From an uncultured Acidobacteriota bacterium (GTDB lineage: Bacteria > Acidobacteriota > Thermoanaerobaculia > UBA5066 > Gp7-AA6), in NCBI GenBank assembly GCA_963775725.1, contig CAVZKA010000002.1:293004-357003 (forward strand): DNA of 64,000 nucleotides, read 5' to 3'. Each line of letters begins with the position of its first letter. Within the stretch, counting starts at the first letter, position 1. The notes below the pieces were generated by a model. It was given only the letters and a program-made list of their open reading frames with translations, was not told the DNA's origin and did no database searches. The position numbers and the translations under genes are program-made. Positions 8,811 through 17,963 of the stretch are shown here, piece after piece.

Positions 8811-10100
8811 TTATTTCAGCTGCCGAATCCGCTCCAGCAGGAATTGACGCTCGGGCTCCTGTTGGGTGAGTGCCAGGGCCTTCTCATAGGAGGTCCGGGC
8901 CTCGGCCGTCCTGCCGAGCCTTCGGTACATGTCTGCCCGGGCCGAATGGGCCAGATGGTAACTTGCCAATTCCCCCTGTTCCAGCACCGCGTCGATCTGC
9001 GTCAGACCGGCCTCCGGACCGTCGCGCATCGCAATGGCCACGGCAAGATTGAGCTGGACCACCGGCGAAGGCTGAATGCGCAGCAATCGGTCGTAAAGCG
9101 CAACGATCTGCCGCCAGTCGGTCTCGGCGACCGATTCCGCCTGCGCATGAACGGCCGCAATCGCTGCCTGCAGCGTATAAGAGCCGAAGCGGCGGGACTT
9201 CAGGGCCTTCTCCAGCAACGCCACTCCCTCCCCGATCTGCTCCCGGTTCCAGAGCGACCGATCCTGGTTCTCCAGCAAGATCAGCTCTCCGGTCGGCGAG
9301 GTTCTCGCGGCGCGACGGGATTCCTGGAGCAACATCAGGGACAGCAGCCCGATGACTTCCGGCTCCGGCTGGAGCTCGGTCAGCAACCGGCCCAGTCGGA
9401 TCGCCTCGCCGGTCAGCTCGGCCCGCGTCACCTCCGCCCCCGCCGCGGCCGAGTAGCCCTCGTTGAAGACCAGATAGACGACCTGAAGCACTGCGCCCAG
9501 TCGCTCCGGCAATTCCTCGGGCGTCGGCACCTCGTACGGGATCGGTGTCTCTCGAATCTTCGCCTTGGCGCGCACGATGCGCTGTGCCAGCGTCGGCGGG
9601 GTGATGAGGAAGGCCTTTGCGATCTCCTCGGTCGTCAGCCCGCACACCTCACGCAGGGTGAGCGCAACGCGCGCTTCGGGTGCCAGGGATGGATGACAGC
9701 ACGTAAAGATCAGGCGCAGCCGATCATCCTCGAGGCCGTCTTCTGTATCGGACCTGCCCGCCGAGCTCCAATGCGCCTCGAGATGTCGCACGAGCGCGTC
9801 TTGAGACGCATCAAATCGGGCCCGTCGGCGCAGGGCATCAATGGCTCTGAATCGAGCCGTCGAAATCAACCACGGTCGCGGGTTGCCGGGTACTCCACTC
9901 TTCGGCCACAGGCCGAGCGCAGCCGCAAAGGCTTCGTGCATCGCCTCCTCGGCAAGATCAAAATCACCCAGCAGGCGGATCAGGGTTGCCAGGATTCGTC
10001 CCGAATCTACGCGGTAGAGGGAGTCGAGCAGTTCGCGTACCGGCTCGGGGGAGTGCTCGGACATGCCGACGACCTTAGCAACCCGGCTAACCCGAATCAA
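8811..10100 (-). CDS. ECF-type sigma-70 family RNA polymerase sigma factor with long C-terminal TPR-like/DUF6596-type extension
   Basis: N-terminal region-2 and region-4 segments (...RPWLISTARFRAIDALRRR...; ...ALTLREVCGLTTEEIAKAFLITPPTLAQRIVRAKAKIRE) are followed by a roughly 230-aa C-terminal domain. This sigma type is classically encoded next to DGPF/YciI proteins. The true start is probably MSEHSPEP, near 10064. Confidence 0.8.
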   Translation of the reverse strand: MIRVSRVAKVVGMSEHSPEPVRELLDSLYRVDSGRILATLIRLLGDFDLAEEAMHEAFAAALGLWPKSGVPGNPRPWLISTARFRAIDALRRRARFDASQDALVRHLEAHWSSAGRSDTEDGLEDDRLRLIFTCCHPSLAPEARVALTLREVCGLTTEEIAKAFLITPPTLAQRIVRAKAKIRETPIPYEVPTPEELPERLGAVLQVVYLVFNEGYSAAAGAEVTRAELTGEAIRLGRLLTELQPEPEVIGLLSLMLLQESRRAARTSPTGELILLENQDRSLWNREQIGEGVALLEKALKSRRFGSYTLQAAIAAVHAQAESVAETDWRQIVALYDRLLRIQPSPVVQLNLAVAIAMRDGPEAGLTQIDAVLEQGELASYHLAHSARADMYRRLGRTAEARTSYEKALALTQQEPERQFLLERIRQLK

Positions 10101-10107
10101 TTTGGAA

Positions 10108-10200
10108 ACGGTGGATGGCGTCCGCGGGTGTTGAGCCCGCGTCCGGAAGCGCCCCGCGAGAGGCCGCTGCCTGCGATTACCGGTACGCGTCTTTTCGGTG
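10108..10200 (-). repeat. Degenerate copy of tmRNA 3' region (T-arm/acceptor side), same orientation as ssrA
   Basis: 10130-10151 gttgagcccgcgtccggaagcg matches ssrA 27375-27396 at 21/22. The flanking approximately 50 nt are about 70% identical (gagaggccgctgcctgc vs gagaggccactccatgc). Confidence 0.5.
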
Positions 10201-10288
10201 TTCGGCGGCCGTCAGGAAGACGACGCGCTTCTCGTCGTCGATTTCGAAGAAGAGCCACCACGTTCCGATCCGGATTCTCCAAGTGGGA

Positions 10289-10316
10289 GGGGGAGGCGGC
10301 GGGAGTTGAAGGCGCG
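10289..10316 (-). repeat. Short near-exact copy of tmRNA 3' terminus (candidate att core)
   Basis: 10292-10310 ggaggcggcgggagttgaa is a 19/19 exact match to ssrA 27362-27380, and about 23/25 when extended. It is in direct orientation and lies 17.05 kb from the intact ssrA 3' end. Confidence 0.55.
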
Positions 10317-10348
10317 GAATCCCTGCGAAGTCCTGAATGATTTTGGAA

Positions 10349-10657
10349 CTACTCCCCCGGTTTGTCCGTGTTTTTGTCCGCGAGCTTGTTCAACTTGCCC
10401 GTGAACGCGAACGGCACCTGGTAGTCCTTCTCGTCCACCGAGGTGCTCGTGTCGATACCGACGCTGAAAGTCTCGCTCCATGGAAGGCCCCCGCCCAGGC
10501 TGTGCGCCATCGCGTGGCTGTCGACCGTATTGCCATCGACCTTCAGGGTGCCGGTCCCGCCCTTACCCAGTCCCGGTCCGTCGCGGATTCCGCGAGGCTC
10601 TTTCTTCGTTCCGGCATGCGCGATCTCGGGATTCAATTCCCTTCTCACCTGGGGCAA
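10349..10657 (-). CDS. Hypothetical protein (first gene inside putative ssrA island)
   Basis: 102-aa ORF with normal, K/N/D/T-rich composition (…FSVGIDTSTSVDEKDYQVPFAFTGKLNKLADKNTDKPGE). No family recognised. Confidence 0.4.
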   Translation of the reverse strand: MPQVRRELNPEIAHAGTKKEPRGIRDGPGLGKGGTGTLKVDGNTVDSHAMAHSLGGGLPWSETFSVGIDTSTSVDEKDYQVPFAFTGKLNKLADKNTDKPGE

Positions 10658-10787
10658 ACGTCGATGCCCCCATGCGCCAAGGAGGAAAAGGGGTGCCGTT
10701 AGCGCCTCTGGCTAAGAGACCCGCGGCACCCAGAGAACAAAGGGGCTTCTTGGCCCGCCTTGGAAACGGGCAAAGTGTCTGCCAGAT

Positions 10788-11261
10788 TCATTTTTCGGCG
10801 GCGGGGGCGTGAGGCTGAGGATTGCCGGTGGTTTCTTCGATCGAGTGAGAATCGCGCGGCGAGCCGACCCGCGCGGCCTTCTTCGAGATGGTCTCGTAAT
10901 GAAGCCGGAGAATCCTGATCTCGTCCTCCGACAGGTCCTCGACGTCGATCAGGCGGTTGCTGGCGCCCTCGATCGCCGCGACGAGTTCGTTGAGCTTCAG
11001 ATGAACGGCCTGGGCTTCCTTGTTCTGCGACCGTTGAATGAGAAACACCATGAGGAACGTGACGATGGTCGTGCCGGTGTTGATGACGAGCTGCCATGTA
11101 TCGGAAAAGTGAAAGAGCGGGCCGGTGAATGCCCAAGCGGCGATGACCGCTGCCGCCACCCCGAAGGCTGCGGAGCTCCCCACCCATTCCGTCACCCGGA
11201 CTGAGGCGTGCTCCAGGACTCTGCCAACTCCGCCCGCCGGGGAATGGCCGGGCTCTCTCAC
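10788..11261 (-). CDS. Low-affinity iron permease family membrane protein (PF04120-like)
   Basis: TEWVGSSAAFGVAAAVIAAWAFTGPLFHFSDTWQLVINTGTTIVTFLMVFLIQRSQNKEAQAVHLKLNELVAAIEGASNRLIDVEDLSEDEIRILRLHYE. GTG start at 11261 overlaps the stop of the upstream gene (GTGA). Confidence 0.65.
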   Translation of the reverse strand: MREPGHSPAGGVGRVLEHASVRVTEWVGSSAAFGVAAAVIAAWAFTGPLFHFSDTWQLVINTGTTIVTFLMVFLIQRSQNKEAQAVHLKLNELVAAIEGASNRLIDVEDLSEDEIRILRLHYETISKKAARVGSPRDSHSIEETTGNPQPHAPAAEK

Positions 11262-11764
11262 GAAGCCGCGCTCGCGCGTCTGGCGCCCGCCGCGCCATCC
11301 TCGTGACCCTCGTCTCGGGCTTCCTCGACGCCGACACGGTACTCGTGTGCGAGCTTTCCTCCGAGCCAACCGGACGCCGCGAGCATCGCGAACCCGAGCA
11401 GACTGAACCCCAGCGCGAAGGGCCAGCGCGGGTCCGCAAACGCCTTCCCGTCACGCCGGAGGAGAAAGCTCACCAGATAGCAGGCGACGATTCCGACATT
11501 GAGCATGGCATGCGCCGTCGCAATGCGGAACGCCTTGCCGCTCATTTTCACGCCGACGTAGTCGATCGCGCCGGCGAGGGCCGCGAGCACGGCGAACCCG
11601 ATTCCGATCCCGATGCACGTGTAGGCGAAGTCGTACCAGAACCGGTCCCGAGCGATGGCCAAATGCATGAGATCGCCGACGAGGGCGAGAAAGAATGCAC
11701 CGATCGGGATCGGAACCAGCATCGGATGGAGCGGGTGAGATCCGATCGTGGCCTTGCTTTTCAT
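11258..11764 (-). CDS. DUF2231-family integral membrane protein
   Basis: MKSKATIGSHPLHPMLVPIPIGAFFLALVGD... has 4 predicted TMs and is translationally coupled (GTGA) to the iron-permease-family gene. Confidence 0.65.
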   Translation of the reverse strand: MKSKATIGSHPLHPMLVPIPIGAFFLALVGDLMHLAIARDRFWYDFAYTCIGIGIGFAVLAALAGAIDYVGVKMSGKAFRIATAHAMLNVGIVACYLVSFLLRRDGKAFADPRWPFALGFSLLGFAMLAASGWLGGKLAHEYRVGVEEARDEGHEDGAAGARRASAAS

Positions 11765-12122
11765 CGCCACCTCCGCGGGAAGTGATTTGCAATGGCGGTG
11801 CCATGTCTCGGGCACGGTCAGGGGGCCGGATGGCAAGAATGAAAGCGGGTGCTGGCTCCTCCTGAGAGCCAGCCCCGGAGGATTCGGACGGGCGACTACT
11901 CCTCGTCCTGATCGAGCTCGTCACGATCGGGCGCGTTCGCGTGCGCGCTTCCGAGGGAGCCGGAGACCGGCTTGCGCGAGCGAGCCTCCGTCGTCTGGCG
12001 GCGACTCACGCCGCGTCGGCCGAGCCCGCTCCATGGGTTCGGGCAGAAGAGTTGGCCCGGATCTCGCTAGCTCGAGTGTCTGATGCTCGGCAAGCTTCAC
12101 GAAAATTGGAAGTCCTTCAAGA

Positions 12123-12377
12123 GTGCGTCGGCCGGAAGCCGATTCCAGAGGCTGCAGGAAGCGCACGCAGGGTGCAGGCTCGGGACCGCTACGGACCGTG
12201 GTTGGAGTCCTCCTGCTCGTCGGGGAAATCGTTCTTCTCTTCGTCCCGGGGCCGGGTCCATTGTCGATCGCAAGCGGGGCGGGGTTGATCGCGCGGCGAT
12301 CGCGGCGCTTGGCCCGTGGGCTGCACCATTGGGAGCTCGTCCTGCGGAACTTCGGCGGCAGGACCCTGCGTCTCTGA
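12123..12377 (+). CDS. PGPGW-motif small transmembrane protein
   Basis: VVGVLLLVGEIVLLFVPGPGPLSIASGAGLIARRSRRLARGL matches the PGPGW (PF09656) pattern. It is divergent from the DUF2231 operon. Confidence 0.4.
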   Translation: MRRPEADSRGCRKRTQGAGSGPLRTVVGVLLLVGEIVLLFVPGPGPLSIASGAGLIARRSRRLARGLHHWELVLRNFGGRTLRL

Positions 12378-12497
12378 CAGGGCGCCTCCGGCATCGTTCG
12401 CTCGCGATCGCGGCGGGCACGCTGGTCGGCCTTCTTGGACTCGCGTATCTGAGTCATGTCTGGGTCTTTCGAGCATGAGAAATAGAGCGGCAGCACC

Positions 12498-13805
12498 GTG
12501 AAGAAGGGTCGGAATCACCGGCTTCGACGGACTCTGCTTCCGTTCGCCATCGTCGTTTGCTCGGTTGGAGCCGGATACGCATGCGCCATCGTCGCGGCGA
12601 AGTCGGGCGCTCCGAGGCCGATCGCCTACGAGTTGCCCCACGGGTTCACCGTGTCCGATCCGACGTTTCTCCCGTCGGCGCTTCCGGGCACGGCCCTGAC
12701 GCTCGGAAACCGGCTCGCGTTGCTCGAAAACGGCGATGCGGCTTTCTCCGCCATGCTCGCGGCCATCGCCTCCGCCCGGAGGACCGTGGACTTCGAGGCC
12801 TACATCTTCTGGTCGGGTCAGGTCGGCAGCCGCTTTCGCGACGCGCTTTCGGAACGGGCCTCGCACGGCGTGGCGGTGCGCGTGCTGCTCGACGCGGTCG
12901 GTTCTTCGGCCGGCCGACTCGAGGCGAGCGACGTCGACGCGATGCGGCGCGCGGGCTGTCGCGTCGAGTTCTTTCACCCGGTCAAGCCCTGGATGCTCTG
13001 GGTCGTAAACCACCGGGATCACAGGCGGGTTCTCGTGGCGGACGGCACGGTCGGCTTCACGGGCGGCATCGGGTTCGCCGATCCGTGGCTTGGCGACGCG
13101 AAGTCGGGCGCGGCGTGGCGGGACACGCAGGTCCGCGTGGAGGGTCCCGCGGTCCGGTCTCTCCAGAATGCGTTCCAGGAAAATTGGGCCGAGACGACCG
13201 GCGAGGCGCTCGTCGGCGACGGTTTTTTCCCCGCGCTCGAGCGGATCGGCTCGACCGCCGCCGCCGTCGTCCCCTCGTCTTCGCTCTCGGCAATGTCCGA
13301 CGTCCGGCGCGTCTACGCGATCGCCCTCGCCGCCGCGGAGCGGGAGATCTGGATCGCGAACTCGTATTTCGTTCCGGACGAGTCGGCGGTTGATCTTCTC
13401 GGAGCCGCCGTGAAGCGCGGCGTCGACGTCCGAGTGATCGTTCCCTCCGACGAGCACAACGACGTGCCCGTCACCCGGGCAGCGGCTCGATCGGCGCTCG
13501 GGGCGCTGCTGGAGCGGGGAGTGAAGATCTTCGAATACCAGCCCGCGATGTTTCATCCGAAGACCATGGTCGTCGACGGAATCCTGTCTACGGTCGGATC
13601 GGCGAACTTCGACGACCGCTCGTTTCATTTGAACGAGGAGATCAACCTCGTCGTCTACGACACGGCGTTCGCCGCCCTGATGCGGAAGCGATACGCGGCG
13701 GACCAGACGCGCTGCCGACCCTACACGATGGCGGACTGGACCGCCCGGCCGCTCAGGCAGCGAGTGACGGAATGGCTCGTAGCTCCGATTCGATCGGCCC
13801 TCTAG
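12498..13805 (+). CDS. cls: Cardiolipin synthase / phospholipase D-family protein (two HKD motifs)
   Basis: N-terminal TM anchor, a first HxK-like motif (NHRDHRRVLVADG) and a second canonical motif FHPKTMVVDGILSTVGSANFDDRS. Confidence 0.8.
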   Translation: MKKGRNHRLRRTLLPFAIVVCSVGAGYACAIVAAKSGAPRPIAYELPHGFTVSDPTFLPSALPGTALTLGNRLALLENGDAAFSAMLAAIASARRTVDFEAYIFWSGQVGSRFRDALSERASHGVAVRVLLDAVGSSAGRLEASDVDAMRRAGCRVEFFHPVKPWMLWVVNHRDHRRVLVADGTVGFTGGIGFADPWLGDAKSGAAWRDTQVRVEGPAVRSLQNAFQENWAETTGEALVGDGFFPALERIGSTAAAVVPSSSLSAMSDVRRVYAIALAAAEREIWIANSYFVPDESAVDLLGAAVKRGVDVRVIVPSDEHNDVPVTRAAARSALGALLERGVKIFEYQPAMFHPKTMVVDGILSTVGSANFDDRSFHLNEEINLVVYDTAFAALMRKRYAADQTRCRPYTMADWTARPLRQRVTEWLVAPIRSAL

Positions 13806-13847
13806 GAAAGCGCTCTGTCGAGGGAGGCCTGGAGGAGGCTGTGAATT

Positions 13848-14126
13848 ATGACCGAGGACTTCACGAAGCTGCCTATTGGGTTCGCTCGTCTCAATGCAAG
13901 GACCGTCATCGTGTGCTCGGAATGCTGCCGCTGCGGGGCACTCGAGCGAGGCAGCGACGGTTCCTGGCGCGCTCCTCTGGCATTCTCCCGCCCCGCCGCG
14001 GGCAAGGGTGCCGGCCTCTCGTCCCTGCGCAACGATAAGGGTGTCGTGATCAACCTCAAGAGCGAAACGAAAGGCGCCGACATCAAGGTGGCCGCCTCGG
14101 GGCTGAAGGTCACCCTCGAAAAGTAG
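13848..14126 (+). CDS. Hypothetical small Cys-rich protein
   Basis: 92-aa ORF with a strong SD (GGAGGAGG, 9 nt upstream of the ATG), a CSECCRCG cluster and a KGADIKVAASGLKVTLEK C-terminus. Confidence 0.45.
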   Translation: MTEDFTKLPIGFARLNARTVIVCSECCRCGALERGSDGSWRAPLAFSRPAAGKGAGLSSLRNDKGVVINLKSETKGADIKVAASGLKVTLEK

Positions 14127-14662
14127 TCTCTTCGGCCTGCCATTCGTTTCGCCCTTGCTCCGGGGTGTCGCCATGAGCGACGCTCCGGTTTCGCTTTTTT
14201 GGTGCGGCGCCCGCCGGGCTCGCCCATCGCGTCAGTGCCGGGAGGGGCCACTCGGCGGGCACCAGAGACCCGCGCAGCCAGCTCCGAGTTGCGGGAAGCG
14301 GGTCTGTGGTGGGCATCGCCCCGTTCTCGGAGGCTCGGCGCGATCCTGGATCGTAGAGCGCGCCTCCCCGCCCGACGGGAGAAACGGGCACATGGTGAGA
14401 AGGTGGTTGTGTTAGGCGCGGTGGCAACGGTCGGGACCGTGGTGTCGCTGAACGCTGTAACGGCATCGCCGGGCGCGCCTCCGGCGACGGGTCTTGTGAG
14501 TGGATGCACGCCGCGGGCGGGATCGTCTCCCAAGTTCCGTGCCCGCCCAAAAGGCACGCGGCGCGATCGCCTCAGGCGGTATCGAGTGCCGAACGGAAGG
14601 CGTCGAATCGCGCTGCGTGGCACTGATTTCGCATGAAAGGACCCGGAGGCTGTTGAATCGGA

Positions 14663-15052
14663 GTGTCACCGAAAATCGCGAGGCCGATCGGTAGAAAGCG
14701 CTGGGCGATCGCCGAGGGATACATCCCGGAAGGGAGTCGCGGTCCGGCGCCGGAAATGACCAGTCATGAGGCCGTTTGCCTGTTGAACGTTTCCGATCGC
14801 GAGGGCCTCGTCGTGATTACGGTTTTCTTCTCGCACCGCGATCCCGCCGGACCCTACCGCTTCGAGATCGGCGCGCGGCGCACGCTGCATCTGCGCTTCA
14901 ACGACTTCACGGATCCGGAGGCGATACCCCGGGGCACGGACTATGCCAGCCTGATCGAATCGGACATCCCGATCGTCGTGCAGCACACGCGCCTCGATTC
15001 GCGTCAGCCCGCCAACGCCCTGCTGTCGACCATCGCCTATGCGGAAGATTGA
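14663..15052 (+). CDS. Hypothetical protein upstream of the coupled operon
   Basis: GTG start with GGAGG 13 nt upstream. Ordinary composition (…VCLLNVSDREGLVVITVFFSHRDPAGPYRFEIGARRTLHLRFNDFTDPEAIP…). No family recognised, and the start is uncertain (alternative ATG at 14756). Confidence 0.3.
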   Translation: MSPKIARPIGRKRWAIAEGYIPEGSRGPAPEMTSHEAVCLLNVSDREGLVVITVFFSHRDPAGPYRFEIGARRTLHLRFNDFTDPEAIPRGTDYASLIESDIPIVVQHTRLDSRQPANALLSTIAYAED

Positions 15053-15093
15053 GTCGTCTCGCCCCGAAGCGCTTTTCCAGGAAGGAGGGAGCC

Positions 15094-16842
15094 TTGCCTG
15101 ACACTGCCGCCGATACCCTGATCGACGTCCTCGAGTCCTGGGGAGTCGAGGTCATTTTTGGCCTGCCGGGGGACGGGATCAATGGAATCATGGAGGCTCT
15201 GCGCAAACGCCGGGAGCGGGTGCGCTTCGTCCACGTTCGCCACGAGGAGGCGGCGGCGTTCATGGCCTGCGCCTACGCGAAATACACGGGCCGTCTGGGC
15301 GTCTGCCTGGCGACCTCTGGCCCGGGGGGAATCCATCTGCTCAACGGGCTCTACGACGCGAAGCTCGACCGCGCTCCGGTGGTCGCCATCACCGGACACG
15401 CGTTCCACGACCTGATCGATACGCACCAGCAGCAGGACGTCGATCTGGATCGCGTCTTCATGGACGTCAGCGTCTACAACACTCGCGTCATGGGGGCGGC
15501 GCACATTGCCAACGTGGCCCACCTCGCCTGCCGCACGGCCCTCGCTTACAAGGGCGTGGCCCACATCAATTTTCCCGTCGACATCCAGGAGCAGGAGGGC
15601 GGGCGTCGGTCCGACCGCAACGTGCCCGGCCACAACGCAGAAATCGAGGGCCAATCGGCGCGATTGCCGCCTCCGACCGATCTCGCGCGCGCCGCCGAGC
15701 TCCTGAACGCGGCGAAGAGGCCCGTTCTGCTGGTCGGGCAGGGAGCCCTGGGCGCCACCGACGAGCTCCTGGACGTTGCCGAGCGGATCGGCGCGCCGAT
15801 CGTCAAGGCGCTGCTCGGCAAGGCGGCCGTGCCCGACGACTCTCCCTACACCACGGGCGGCATCGGCCTGCTGGGAACGAAGCCGTCTCAGGAAGCCCTG
15901 GAGGAGTGCGACGCACTCCTGATGGTCGGCACTTCGTTCCCGTACATCGAGTTCTATCCGAAGCCCGGCAACGCCCGGGCGGTGCAGATCGACCTCGATC
16001 CGGCGCGGATCGGCCTGCGCTATCCGGCGGAGATCGGTCTGGTCGGCGACAGCCGGCGCACGCTCCGGGAGCTCCTGCCGCTGCTCGAACGACGGGAGCA
16101 GCGCGGTTTTCTCGAGAAGGCGCAGAAGGGGATGAAGGACTGGCGGGAGCTGATGGAGGAGCAGGCGTCGCGGCGGGAGAAGCCGATGAAGCCGCAGGTC
16201 GTCGCGTGGGAGCTGGGCAAGCGTCTTTCCGAGAACGCGATCGTCTCCTGCGATTCCGGCACCATCGCAACCTGGTTCGCGCGGCACATACCGGTTCGCC
16301 GCGGCCAGATGCACTCGCTTTCTGGAAATCTCGCCACGATGGCCAACGGGCTGCCCTACACGATCGCGGCGCAGATCGCGTACCCCGGGCGTCAGTGCGT
16401 GGGATTCGTCGGCGACGGGGGCTTCACGATGCTCATGGGAGAGTTCGCCACGGCGGTGAAGTACGAGCTGCCGATCAAGATCGTCGTGGTGAAGAACAAT
16501 ACGCTCGGCCAGATCAAATGGGAGCAGATGGTCTTTCTGGGAAACCCGGAGTATGGCTGCGAGCTGAACCCGATCGACTTCGCGGGTTTCGCGCGGGCAT
16601 GCGGAGGCGCGGGATTCACGATCGATGACCCGGAAGACTGCGGAACCATCCTGGACCAGGCGCTCTCGACTCCGGGCCCGGCCGTGATCGAAGCCGTGGT
16701 CGATCCGTCGGAGCCTCCCATGCCGGCCAAGGCCACCCTCAAGCAGGCCGCGCACCTGGCGGAATCCTTGGCCAAGGGGACGCCGAATCGCAAGGAGATC
16801 GCGCTGACCATCCTCTCGGACAAAGTGCGCGAGATGGTGTGA
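15094..16842 (+). CDS. poxB: Pyruvate oxidase/pyruvate:quinone oxidoreductase-like thiamine-diphosphate enzyme (PoxB family)
   Basis: TTG start with SD GGAAGGAGGGAG. The N-terminal Pyr domain (…ATSGPGGIHLLNGLYDAKLDRAPVVAITG…) and the TPP-binding motif GDGGFTMLMGEFATAVKYELPIKIVVVKNNTLGQI align closely with E. coli PoxB along the whole length. Confidence 0.8.
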   Translation: MPDTAADTLIDVLESWGVEVIFGLPGDGINGIMEALRKRRERVRFVHVRHEEAAAFMACAYAKYTGRLGVCLATSGPGGIHLLNGLYDAKLDRAPVVAITGHAFHDLIDTHQQQDVDLDRVFMDVSVYNTRVMGAAHIANVAHLACRTALAYKGVAHINFPVDIQEQEGGRRSDRNVPGHNAEIEGQSARLPPPTDLARAAELLNAAKRPVLLVGQGALGATDELLDVAERIGAPIVKALLGKAAVPDDSPYTTGGIGLLGTKPSQEALEECDALLMVGTSFPYIEFYPKPGNARAVQIDLDPARIGLRYPAEIGLVGDSRRTLRELLPLLERREQRGFLEKAQKGMKDWRELMEEQASRREKPMKPQVVAWELGKRLSENAIVSCDSGTIATWFARHIPVRRGQMHSLSGNLATMANGLPYTIAAQIAYPGRQCVGFVGDGGFTMLMGEFATAVKYELPIKIVVVKNNTLGQIKWEQMVFLGNPEYGCELNPIDFAGFARACGGAGFTIDDPEDCGTILDQALSTPGPAVIEAVVDPSEPPMPAKATLKQAAHLAESLAKGTPNRKEIALTILSDKVREMV

Positions 16843-17963
16843 TTCACCTCGAGGCCGAGCTTCCTGAGGCGCGGCGACCGGCCCGGATCCAGAGCGTCGA
16901 AGTATCGGCCTACCGCATCCCGACGGACGCTCCCGAGTCCGACGGCACGCTCGAGTGGGAGTCGACCACTCTCGTTCTGGTTCGGGTCGAGGCCGGCGGC
17001 AAACGGGGACTGGGCTACACGTACGCGGACCGCTCGACCGCCACGCTGATTCATCAACAGCTCGCAAAGTGCGTCGAGGGGCGAGACGCGATGGACATCC
17101 CCGGCTGCTGGATCGCGATGGTCCATTCCATCCGCAATCTCGGCCGGCCGGGAATTTGCGCCATGGCGATCTCGGCGGTGGACAACGCGCTCTGGGACCT
17201 GAAGGCGCGTTTGCTCGATCTGCCCCTGGCGCGGCTCCTGGGCGCCGTGCGCGACCGGGTGCCGGTCTACGGGAGCGGGGGCTTTACGTCGTATTCGCCC
17301 GCGAGGCTGCGCGAGCAGCTCGCCGGCTGGGTGGCGGACGGAATTTTGCGCGTCAAGATGAAGGTGGGTCGGGAGCCTTCGCAAGATGTGGCCCGGGTCC
17401 GAGCGGCACGCGAGGCGATCGGCAGCGATGCCGGCCTCTTCGTCGACGCCAATGGCGCGTACTCCCGCAAGGAGGCCCTTGCCTTCGCGGAGTCGTTTGC
17501 GTCGCTCGGGGTGACCTGGTTCGAAGAACCGGTGCCTTCGGACGATCTGGAAGGCCTGCGGCTCCTGCGCGACCGGGCGCCCGCCGGGTTGGAGATCGCG
17601 GCCGGCGAGTACGGCTACGACACCCCCTACTTTCGCCGCATGCTCGAGGCCGGCGCGGTGGACGTCCTGCAGGCCGATGCCACTCGAGCCGGCGGCATCA
17701 CGGGCTTTCTCCAGACGGCCGCGCTCTGCGAGGCGCGCGGCGTCCCTCTGTCCGCGCACTGCGCTCCGTCCCTGCATGCGCACGTCGGCTGCAGCGCGGT
17801 GCCCTTGCGCCACATCGAGTACTTTCACGACCACGTCCGAATCGAGCAGGCGCTGTTCGATGGCGCGCTCTCGCCGGTCGGAGGAGCGCTCGAGCCCGAC
17901 TGGAGCCGTCCGGGCCTGGGCCTCGAGTGGAAGGGGCGGGACGCGGAGCGTTACGCCATATGA
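16839..17963 (+). CDS. Enolase-superfamily mandelate racemase/muconate-lactonizing (MR/MLE) family enzyme, probable acid-sugar dehydratase
   Basis: GTG start overlaps the poxB-like stop (GTGA). Typical MR/MLE capping and barrel domains (…LRVKMKVGREPSQDVARVRAAREAIGSDAGLFVDANGAYS…FEEPVPSDDLEGL…). Confidence 0.8.
   Translation: MIHLEAELPEARRPARIQSVEVSAYRIPTDAPESDGTLEWESTTLVLVRVEAGGKRGLGYTYADRSTATLIHQQLAKCVEGRDAMDIPGCWIAMVHSIRNLGRPGICAMAISAVDNALWDLKARLLDLPLARLLGAVRDRVPVYGSGGFTSYSPARLREQLAGWVADGILRVKMKVGREPSQDVARVRAAREAIGSDAGLFVDANGAYSRKEALAFAESFASLGVTWFEEPVPSDDLEGLRLLRDRAPAGLEIAAGEYGYDTPYFRRMLEAGAVDVLQADATRAGGITGFLQTAALCEARGVPLSAHCAPSLHAHVGCSAVPLRHIEYFHDHVRIEQALFDGALSPVGGALEPDWSRPGLGLEWKGRDAERYAI

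Noticed and set aside
10108-10200. tRNA-like T-arm (gcgggctcaacacccgc) considered as a pseudo-tRNA gene.
   Set aside because: Only the 3' half is present and the flanks match tmRNA rather than any tRNA, so it is treated as a tmRNA 3' fragment or att remnant.
12189-14174. 661-aa minus-strand ORF overlapping cls.
   Set aside because: Junk composition; it is antisense to a well-supported PLD/cardiolipin synthase with both HKD motifs.
14199-14636. 145-aa ORF in the long intergenic region upstream of the operon.
   Set aside because: Arg/Pro/Ala-rich with no SD, so it looks like a GC artefact. The neighbouring 14663-15052 ORF was kept at low confidence because it has an SD and ordinary composition.
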